Below, one piece after another: positions 38,001 through 50,000 of a DNA stretch of 64,000 nt. Each line of letters starts with the position of its first letter. Positions within the stretch are counted from its first letter, which is position 1. The notes under the pieces were generated by a model. It made no database searches. It was not told where the DNA came from and saw only the letters and a list, made by a program, of their open reading frames with translations. The position numbers were made by a program, and so were the translations under genes. Source of the DNA: Pecten maximus (taxonomy: Eukaryota); NCBI RefSeq assembly GCF_902652985.1, contig NC_047030.1, positions 4,898,001 to 4,962,000 of the forward strand. Direction: 5' to 3'.

Positions 38001-41000
38001 GTATTACAGTCATACCTGAATGTTTCCCAGGAGTTCAGTATTACTGTCATACCTGAATGTTTCCCAGGTGTTCAGTATTACTGTCATACCTGAATGTTTC
38101 CCAGGAGTTAAGTATTACTGTCATACCTGAATGTTTCCCAGGAGTTAAGTATTACTGTCATACCTGAATGTGTCCCAGGAGTTCAGTATTACTGTCATAC
38201 CTGAATGTTTCCCAGGAGTTCAGTATTACTGTCATACCTGAATGTTTCCCAGGTGTTAAGTATAACTGTCATACCTGAATGTTACCTGGATGTTTCCCAG
38301 GAGTTCAATATTACTGTCATACCTGAATGTTTCCCAGGTGTTAAGTATAACTGTCATACCTGAATGTTACCTGGATGTTTCCCAGGAGTTCAGTATTACT
38401 GTCATACCTGAATGTTTCCCAGTAGTTCAGTATTACTGTCATACCTGAATGTTTCCCAGGGGGTCAGTATTACTGTCATACCTGAATGTTTCCCAGGTGT
38501 TAAGTATAACTGTCATACCTGAATGTTTCCCAGGAGTTCAGTATTACTGTCATACCTGAATGTTTCCCAGGAGTTCAGTATTACTGTCATACCTGAATGT
38601 TTCCCATGGGTTCAGTATTACTGTCATACCTGAATGTTTCCCAGGAGTTTAGTATTACTGTCATACCTGAATGTTTCCCGGGAGTTAAATATTACTGTCA
38701 TACCTGAATGTATCCCAGGAGTTCAGTATTACTGTCATACCTGAACGTTTCCCAGGAGTTCAGTATTACTGTCATACCTGAACGTTTCCCAGTAGTTCAG
38801 TATTACTGTCATACCTGAATGTTTCCCAGGAGTTAAGTATTACTGTCATACCTGAATGTTTCCCAGGAGTTCAGTATTACTGTCATACCTGAATGTTTCC
38901 CAGGAGTTCAGTATTACTGTCATACCTGAATGTTTCCCATGAGTTCAGTATTACTGTCATACCTGAATGTTTCCCAGGAGTTCAGTATTACTGTCATACC
39001 TGAATGTTTCCCAGGAGTTCAGTATTACTGTCATACCTGAATGTTTCCCAAGAGTTCAGTATTACTGTCATACATGAACGTTTCCTAGGAGTTCAGTATT
39101 ACTGTCATACCTGAATGTTTCCCAGGAGTTAAACAGGGTCTCTGAGTTCGAGATAATGAATTTTGACTGTATACATGTATTGTGTTCGTGTTTATTTAAA
39201 AATTGCTCTGAATAATAATAATAAGTTATATAAACCAATAAGTGTTTTTCCTTAATGGCCTTGAGAAAATGAGTATGGAGTGGTAGTACTTTTATTAGTA
39301 AAATAACCCGGCAGAAATTTTATATATCAATAGGAATCATGGCAACAAAAATAGATTTTGTCTTATTTAAGTGTGTATGTAGTAATTCAATGCTAACAGT
39401 AGTTTCTGTGACCATGAATATATACAGTTATTACCTGGTAACAACACGGACACATCACCTGGTTTCCTTGACAACTGGTGAGACAGATCATGAGGACAGA
39501 GGAGCAAGCTCTCTCCATCATACTTCGGGTGCTGCTGGTAAGATGGCCTGTTCACCTTTCTCTTTGTCACCTGTCAACGTTAGTAGAGTATTTTTCAATT
39601 TTTAACAATCAATCAAATATAATTATACACACTTTCTACACATTCTGTCCAAATGGAATCTATCTTCTTTCTAGAGATTCTCCAAGTGAGAGTTTGATTT
39701 GGACATTATGTACATCATACACATCAGTTATGTTAGGGTTGTTTCAAAATTATTCGTTTGGGAGGCATTTTTTGACAGACCCCACCACCCATCAAATAAT
39801 AATTTATAATATTACTTAGTTTAATAAGGAAATCTTAGACTAGAAAAATGCAGATTTACCCCCACCACCCATCAAATTTTGATAGTGCCTCTGATCCCTC
39901 CCACAGACAATTCTGGTTCCTTATATTATTTACTGGTATTGTGAACTTCCAAAAAATTATGGCAATTAAATCTGGGAGTTTGCTGTATAAAATGACTTTT
40001 GAAGCTGTTGAATGCCAACAATGCAATTTACTTCCCTTGATCTCGCAAGGGATTCATATACAGAAACCAAATATTCATTTTCGCAAGCAAAGTATCTGGT
40101 GATGTCAGTGATATTTGATACTTCCATCCTTCGTTGATAGGAAGTTTTATGTTATCTGTACAATGGAAACAAGTCTGATAGACAAGAAATCATATATCGA
40201 CGTGCGCTTGACTACAAGAATTTAGAGCAAAATAGTTTTCTCTAATGGTTTGCCCGAAAGGTGGCACACCTGTAGTGGTATATGAAATACACATGCAGCT
40301 TGTGAGCTGGCAAATCAGTTCAGGACAACGCACTGGTCAAAACGGATTGATTAAAATTTTCAATTTTAATTTAATTGTATAAGTCGTGTGACAAGAGGAT
40401 ACCAATATTGTACAATTTTGCCTGTTAAAGTGTTATATAAGATGATGAAAACATCTTTGTAATTTTGTATTAGTTGATGATGAAATGACATTACTGGTGC
40501 AGGCTGGTGCATTGTGAACAGCCTATCAGTGTTTTCTTTTGCCATCTGGGCTGGGTCATTGGAGAAAGGCTATATTATAATAATACATTTGTGTATCATA
40601 TCAAGGCTTTTCCAGTACCCAAAGGGAGGATCTCCATGTTTAATAAATGGGGACCACCAAAATAAATGATTGAATTCAAACAGTAACATGTATAATAAGC
40701 CAACATCTCTTTCTAGCTGATCATGCATAATATTTCTTTATTTCTCTTGTTTTCCCACAGGCCATATACAGTGTATATAATATTACGCTGGAATAGCCTT
40801 TAACTATTTACAAATATTTTCTGTCCTGACTAATTTGTTTGTATAATTGTGACGGATCAGACCAGAATACTAGCTGTAGTTATCTATTTACCTTTTCGAG
40901 AGGTTTCTCCCTGGCGTCGGAGATGATACCATGAACCTCCGGGAGATACTGCCTCGCTAGTGGAGGGATTGGGTTACAACAGGCCAGTACTCCCTGTCTC

Positions 41001-44000
41001 TCCCGGGGAAGGATCTCCACAATCTGGAGCAGCATGTGGTTCGGTAACACATACCTACATAGGTAAAAATACCTACAGTCAAAGCTGCCTTAGCGACCAC
41101 CTGAATTAAGCGACCCCCTCTCATATAAGACCATATTTTTTCCTCCAAATGTTAATTCCCATACAAGTGACCTGAATTAAGTGATCACCTGTCAAACGCC
41201 TGTAATGAGCATCATTTCTGTGTCCCAAATACTGAAAAGTGACTTTTTTCTCTGACTTTCTGAGTTTTGAAAGGAAAGCAGAAATCATAATCAAGAAGAA
41301 ACTGGACAATACTGTCCACATTTAAACATAAAAAAGCTTCAAGTTTTCCTTGAGAAGTATAAAAAATGCATAAACAGTCAACTTACTGTTAAACTGAGGT
41401 TTATATTCTTTTGAGACATTAGAACAGATATTTTCCAGTGAAAAAAAACGTCTCCGTTATGATGTAGGAAATGCAGTAATGTAACTTATAATCACGACGA
41501 AGTTCTGACCAGGAATGGTCAGTTTTTTCCTTTAATACTGGTTTTTAGTATAAGCATCACTCATAAATTTTAAGATCTTTTTTTTTCATACAAAATTCCA
41601 GAATCCAATCTTGCCTGGCTATAAACCTCAAAGTGGCACACATATTTTGTTAAGACACAAAAACAGCATGAAATTTAAAGCTTTTTTTACTAGATAAAGC
41701 TCTTCTGAAATTCAGTGCACTTACAAACTTTGAGGACAACAATGGCAAAAGTATAGCATCACAAAATTATACAGTACTGTTGTACATTACTGGCCTACTA
41801 CACAACAGTTGGATTGAAATAAGGACAGACTGTCAAAAAACATGGGTTGTATTTGTCAATTGTTAATGATATGCATGATCATTAGTCTTATGACACGATT
41901 ACTGTCAGCAGCTCTCCTAAGTTTACTGACCCGAGACTTTCATCCTCGCGTCGTCCTGTCTGGTCTCTCCACATATACAGGTTCTTCAGGGCATCAAGTT
42001 GCTGAGAGTTGAATACCTTTTTACTTTTATGGTACAGGTCTAAAAAGTCATCCTCCTTAAAAATGTATTTTTTGTATATCTGGAAAATGTGAAACATTTA
42101 TCTGATTAATGAAATGTCTGTTTTTACATGTACATTGTTTGTCCTTGTTCAAATTCTCTATCTGCCCAGAGTGGACTAACCAATGAAATGTAATTTCCTT
42201 TGTAAAAAAATAAATGAAAACTAGAGTTTCTGAGATTATAAAAGGAAGGACACTGCCTAATTAATAAATAAGCAATTGTAAATACAAACCCATTACAAGC
42301 AATATATCAACATTCAGAAAACATCACCTTTGCACAAATTTCCTTGCTCCTGTTGAAGACAGACATGAGGAGATTTTTCTGCTCATTTCCCCGTTCTATC
42401 AGCTCGTTTTTCAACTTGTCATAGATGTACAGTAAATAATGAGTGTCCTCCCGGGCATATGCTGTTAGTTCCTTTGGTAAGGGTCTGAAATAGACACAAC
42501 CTAATTGTTATCAATCTTATTCCATTTTCCATCTTATTAAAAAATTCTACTGTAACAGTCAATTGTACATTTGGGTCTCAGACACACTGTATATCATTTC
42601 GCATTTATCAATTTTTTTTAAATTAAAGAAAGTCCTGTATGTAGCTCTTTGTGATGAATCATAGCATGGTCATGGACCAATTTTGTTTATCATGATCCAA
42701 ATGATTTGACTGGTGTGACCAGAGTTTTTCGATTTATGAAACTCAACTTAGATCAGATCTATTGATCTTATATTTGTATAAGTCTTAACAAAGACTTCTA
42801 AGGCCTGTATTAATATCTGCAGATCTGTGAAGGTTTATAACTGAAATGTTAAATTTTCTCACCGTATCCTCCAGTCTGCCAGCTGGTACTGTTTGTCAGC
42901 TTCCACACCACAATATTGTTTGAGAATATGAGCCAGAGAGAAACGGGCTAAGTTTAGCACCCTGGCAGCTTGGCCTGTGTCAAACATATTCACCACATAT
43001 AGACTAAGATCCCTCTGAAGCCATTCCACATCAGAGTCAGCACCGTGGAATACCTTCAATACAAAACATCAAATTACTCTGGTACTCTGATCCAGTACTG
43101 ACAATATGTACAATAAAACATACACCTGGCATTATTCTGACTAGTGACCATTCATTAGAATCCCTTAACACATACATTTTCTGTCATCAAATTAACACAA
43201 CTTTTATTAACTACTTCTGATATATAAATACTGAATAATCGTCATGATTATTGCATATCTTTCAAACTGCTCCCTATGTATGAACATTTCAGGCCCTTCA
43301 CATCACTGACGAGTCATAGAGAGACGAAACTGCCTGCTTTGTGATGCAGTTTACTTAATATTGGCTCTACTGTACTGTCCTGAATTTCCTCGATTATTTA
43401 TAATACTAATTGATTTTTCTTGAGAGAGAATCACCTCATGTTAAAGCAGTTAGACTCCATTGTTTCGTTGTTTGATATATTCTCATCCATGTACTTGACT
43501 ATCACATGAAGTATGTAGTAAAATTTGTTGCCGACCACCTGCACCTGAAACCCAAACTCACTCACTGGGACAAGGTATTTTTATATTTGACCATTATATG
43601 AAGTATATTCAAAATCTGTTTTAGAATGAAGTCTCTAAGAGTGATTAAAAAAATATTTGATAAAAAGTGACAGTGACCTTGTCCTTGATCTTGGCTCCCT
43701 GTAACATTTACTAATTCACGGCTTCTCATACTCAACCAACATAAACTTGTTTTAGGTTACTAGTAACTGATGTATAAAATTTTAAAAGTTGTAAGTGTGC
43801 TGACAAAAAATTTCTATAAATAGTTAAGGTGACATTGTCCTTGACCTTTGCACCTTGAAACACAAACTCGTTTGAGGTATCGTCATTCTTGACCAATGAA
43901 TACAGTTTTATTGAAATCTGGGTGAAAATGCCTTCGCCAGAGCATTGACAAAAGGTGAACATATGAATAAACGTATGAACAGAACTACATATCCTCTCCC

Positions 44001-47000
44001 TGACTTTGTCCCAAGGGAATAATCAAAATTCATTAAACAAAGCTTCACAGCCGTATTCCTGTTCAATAAGGTAAACAAGCATGCTGGGTATTGCTAAAAG
44101 CAATACATATCTCCTATGGCCACTCGCTAAAAAGAGTAACACTTGCCAAAAAACCTTAAACCTCAAACTTGATCTGTAGCTACTGAAGTTACATACCAAC
44201 TTTCACCGACATACCTTGAAGTATGGCTGAGAAAAGCTGATTGAATTGACTGACAGCTGATGGCTGGCTGGACAGATGAACTGATGGACAGGAGTTCCCC
44301 CAGTTTCAAAGATAGGGGACTAATAAGTTTAGCCCATAACCCAAATCAAACATATCACCACAATGATGTATACATGCAGGTCTACCTACTGTAAAAATAC
44401 TTGGAAATGATGAGAATATGATATACCTAAACAGCATTATAATTATAATCACAACAAAATGCTTTCAGTGTAAAAGCCTTAAAAGAATATTACCGCTAAA
44501 ATATAAATGTTTACATTAAGTAAGTATTTGACAAACCTTGACTATGTTTGGGTCTGTGAACACACTGTTGAGTAGGTGAAGGTCACTACGAAGTTCGATT
44601 GTGTCTATGATAAAATCTTCATCTCGTGTAGATATCTGCATGAGACAAGTAATTCCCTGGAATGTCCGGTACGAATGGTGCTGGAAAAGAGCATCGTTAT
44701 GTTAGACAAGAAACTTCTATTATATCAAATACATGTAATAATAGAACATTGGTGTGGTGATTTATGACATTATATATAATTAGTGACAGGTTCTCTCATT
44801 TGAAAAACGTATGCATAAAAAACACTATTGTGTCAATACGTGATGATGTCACAGGATTGTTTTTGTGGTGGAAACTACCGTTTGAGTTGAAATTACCCGG
44901 TCTTATGAGAAAAGCAATTTGCTTATATAAGTTATGTTATCAATCAAATCTTACACTGAAGTCTTATGGATATTAATAAACTTGTTCAGGCTCAATAAAA
45001 TTAATTGCTTGGTTCTCGAACAAATTTTCTAGAAAGAAATGAGGAAGAGAGTTATTTTTGCTATCTTTTTACTGGTCAAAAGCAGACGAGGGCATGTTTT
45101 TTTGGTGGTTTTTTTTTCAAAACTTATCATTTTCCATTTTTATATAAACTGTTTCAAAATGTGGGGAAAAAAATATCTATTACGGTTGTTTTTGTTTCAC
45201 ACTAATGAAAATGTGCTCTAATTTTATCACTAGAGATATCATATGGAAAGCTTTGTTCAACTTGTTGAATCGGATGTTTTTTTTCCATACACTAGGACAA
45301 TGTATACAGTTCTAACGAGAGTACTATAAATATCATTTCTTATGTGTCAACTATACATGTCTCTATACCTCCAAATCTACTGCCACAGCCTGACACGACT
45401 TGAGCTTGTCACACAAAGCCACTAGCTGTGGGACCTTGGTTACCATGGTGAGGGGTGTGTCATCTACTGGACGTGGTTCCTGAAAACCAATGTCAAAATC
45501 ATACCATGGACTTTAAATAATTCAGAACCTCAGAACTGTGATTTGGAAAAAAAGAAGAAAGCTTTAACCAGTCAATATCAATTTTGTTGATTACTACCAT
45601 GAAGTTATAATTACACATAGAAATACCTGTAAAGTTTTGGAACTGGATTTCAAATACTTTGAATATCTTGTCATGTTACCAAAATAAGTTTGATAAGCAT
45701 CACAGCATCCCTTTGTTATCAATGTTATGTGTTTAAAATATCTAAGGATACTGTTAAAAATAACTCACTATGGGTACAGCCGAGGTCAATGTGTCTGGTC
45801 GAGGTGTCCAGTGGTCAAGCTCATATTGGTATGGGTGTGGGTATCTGTAAGCACCAAGTGTATAGTAATCTTACCAACATGTGATATTAACAACATCCAA
45901 AATGTAATGTATCAAAATACATAATGTAATGTATCAAAATACATAATGTAATGTATCAACATACATAATATAATGCATCAAAATACATAATGTAATGTAT
46001 ACAAAATACATAATGTAATGTATACAAAATACATAATGTAATGTATCAAAATACATAATGTAATATATCAAAATACATAATGTAATGTATACAAAATACA
46101 TAATGTAATGTATACAAAATACATAATGTAATGCATACAAAATACATAATGTAATGTATCAAAATACATAATGTAATGTATCAAAATACATAATGTAATG
46201 CATACAAAATACATAATGTAATGTATCAAAATACATAATGTAATGTATACAAAATACATAATATAATGTATACAAACTATTGTGACATAGAAAAATGCAA
46301 TTAGTGATTAATTTGTTTTAAAATACAACATCTGTCAATCAAAATGTCTGATTCCATTAACAGTAGCTGACCACCTATATGTAAATACAGTAGGGTAACA
46401 GGATCAGAGAAAAAAAAATTAATGGATCTCTAATGTATTCTGAGAAGAAAGAATTTGTGGTTCATCGGTGTTTTATGAGTATTTATGGTTCATTAATTTT
46501 CAAAAAAAATTAATGGTTCCAGAAAAAATTAATGGTTCATTGATATTATTCTAAGAGGAAAGAATTAATGATTATTTAATGTTTTCTCAGCAGAAAGAGT
46601 TAATGGTTCATTTATGTTTGCTCTATATATAATAATTTAAAAGATCAATCCACTTACAGAAATGAGGGACTTTCAGTCATATCAGCTGTAACATCATCTG
46701 GTAACCGCAGACTGTCTATAAGTATATCAAAAACATTAAAATTTTACAACTTTCATGAATAATCTGTAAAATATAGGCTCTCAAAAAAAGTTATTGGAAA
46801 TTCATTTTTTAGAAAAATTATTTATACATTCAATTTGGCAGATATTTTGCCCATAGAATTTTACAATGTGTTCTATATAAGATATTTTTAATATGAAAAT
46901 CAGAGGAAAAAAGTTCATATTTTGCCCAGTTTCAATAAACATTTTATATTCCTAAAAACAACATCAACCTTAGATCCATCACATAAAACTTATTCAAGGT

Positions 47001-50000
47001 CATCGTAAACAGATGTGTTGTTTTTTTTTAAATGTTTGACATTGATAACAAACCAAGGCCTCCAGTGCAACAGTACCCTAGTCTCCAGTACAACATGACC
47101 TTAGTCTCCAGTACAATGGGACCTTAGTCTCCAGTACCATGGGACCTTAGTCTCCAGTACCATGGGACCTTAGTCTCTTGTACCACGGGACCTTAGTCTC
47201 TTGTACCACGGGACCTTAGTCTCAAGTACAACAGGACCATAGTCTCCAGTACAATGGGACCTTAGTCTCCAGTACCATGGGACCTTAGTCTCCAGTACAA
47301 TGGGACCTTAGTCTCCAGTACAATGGGACCTTAGTCTCCAGTACAATGGGACCTTAGTCTCCAGTACAATGGGACCTTAGTCTCCAGTACCATGGGACCT
47401 TAGTCTCCAGTACCATGGGACCTTAGTCTCTTGTACCACGGGACCTTAGTCTCTTGTACCACGGGACCTTAGTCTCAAGTACAACAGGGACCTTAGTCTC
47501 CAGTACAATGGGACCTTAGTCTCCAGTACCACGGGACCTTAGTCTCCAGTACAACACCACCTTAGTCTCCAGTACAATGGGACCTTAGTCTCCAGTACAA
47601 TGGGACCTTAGTCTCCAGTACCATGGGACCTTAGTCTCCAGTACAATGGGACCTTAGTCTCCAGTACCATGGGACCTTAGTCTCCAGTACAACAGGACCT
47701 TAGTCTCCAGTACCATGGGACCTTAGTCTCCAGTACCATGGGACCTTAGTCTCCAGTACAACAGGACCTTAGTCTCCAGTACAATGGGACCTTAGTCTCC
47801 AGTACAATGGGACCTTAGTCTCCAGTACAATGGGACCTTAGTCTCCAGTACAATGGGACCTTAGTCTCCAGTACAATGGGACCTTAGTCTCCAGTACAAC
47901 AGTACCCTAGTCTCCAGTACCAATGGGACCTTAGTCTCAAGTACAACAGGGGACCATAGTCTCCAGTACAATGGACCTTAGTCTCCAGTACCATGGGACC
48001 TTAGTCTCCAGTACAATGGGACCTTAGTCCTCCATTACCATGGGACCTTAGTCTCCAGTACAAATTGGACATTAGTCTCCAGTACAATGGGACCTTAGTC
48101 TCCAGTTACAATGGGACATTAGTCTCCAGTACAATGGGACCTTAGTCTCCAGTACATGTACTTAGTCTCCAGTACCTTAGTCTCCAGTACACATGGGACC
48201 TTAGTCTCCAGTACAATGGGACCTTAGTCTCCCGTACAAATGGGACCTAGTCTCCAGTACAATGGGACCTTAGCCTCCAGTACACAGTGGACCCTAGTCT
48301 CCAGTACCAATGGGACCCTTAGTCTCCAGTACACATGGACCATAGTCTCCAGTACAATTGGGACCTTAGTTCTCCATTGTACCACAGGAACTTTAGTCTC
48401 AAGTACCACATGGGACATAGTCTCCAGTACAATGGGACCTTAGTCTCCAGTACAACATGGTACCCTTCGTCCTCCAGTACAATGGGACCTTAGTCTCCAG
48501 TACAATGGGACCTTAGTCTCCAGTACAACGGGACCTTAGTCTTCAGTACAACGGGACCTTAGTCTTCAGTACCATGGGACCATAGTCCCCAGTAGAATGG
48601 GACCTTAGTCTGCAGTACAACGGGACCTTAGTCTCCAGTACTATGGGACCTCAGTCTCCAGTACAATGGGACCTCAGTCTCCAGTACAACAGGACCTTAG
48701 TCTCCAGTACAACGGGACCTTAGTCTCCAGTACTATGGGACCTTAGTCTCCAGTACAACGGGACCTTAGTCTCCAGTACAATGGGACCCTAGTCTCCAGT
48801 ACAACAGGACCTTAGTCTCCAGTACCATGGGACCTTAGTCTCCAGTACAACAGGACCTTAGTCTCCAGTACAATGGGACCTTAGTCTCCAGTACCACGGG
48901 ACCTTAGTCTCCAGTACAATGGGACCTTAGTCTCCAGTACAAAGGACCTTAGTCTCCAGTACAACGGGACCTTAGTCTCCAGAACAACAGGACCTTAGTC
49001 TCCAGTACAACAGGACCTTATTCTCCAGTACAACATGACCTTAGTCTCCAGTACAATGGGACCTTAGTCTCCAGTAACACAGGACCTTAGTCTCCAGTAC
49101 AGCAGGACCTTAGTCTCCAGTACAACAGGACCTTAGTCTCCAGTACAACAGGACCTTAGTCTCCAGTACAACAGGACCTTAGTCTCCAGTACAACAGGAT
49201 CTTAGTCATCAGTACTACTGGACCTTAGTCTCCAGTACAATGGGACCTTAGTCTCCAGTACAACAGGACCTTAGTCTCAAGAACAACAGGACCTTAGTCT
49301 CCAGTACCATGGGACCTTATATAATTAGTCTCCAGTACAATGGGGTCTTAGTCTCCAGTACAAGTCACACATACTAACCACTATTGAAAACAATTTGAAC
49401 AGTGTGTACCTTCTAGAGACTTAAGAGCATTGGGTTTCTCCTTTATTCGAGGGACAAATGGTTGATTTCCATTATCGACTTTGTCTTTGAAGCGTAATTG
49501 TGGACGCAAGATATTTTTAGCTGATAGAAGATGATAGCTGGCAGGACTCTTTGCTGCAGATGTGCTTTTCTACAACAAAAGAAATTACAGTTTTATTTCA
49601 TCAACTGATAGCTGGGAACACAAAGGGAAATGATTTGTGAATTGTCAGTATGATAGTTGACCATGTGATGTCCTTGACAGCTAGTTTATTTATAACCATG
49701 GCAATGTGACCTTAAAGAAGGTCATGGTCAATTGACAGACAGGTTGTATATTGATACAATGTTGGGGATACCTTGTACCATCAGACCACCCAGACTTTAA
49801 AATGTAATGTTAGTATATGATGAACTTCCATTCTTTTGTTTTCTCACACTAAAAAACCTATAACAGTAAATCTGCCTCATAGCCATATGTAAATATTTTA
49901 AAAAGTATTTTGGTGGCTGATAAACAATAGATAACAACAGTGACATGCAATAATTCCAACCAATGAATAAATTACAAATTCTGATTGATAAACAGAACCA

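Noticed and set aside
47930-48480. Indel-rich patch within the 23-bp array (similar patch at about 11900-12330)
   Set aside because: Scattered 1-nt indels look like unpolished long-read consensus error rather than biology.
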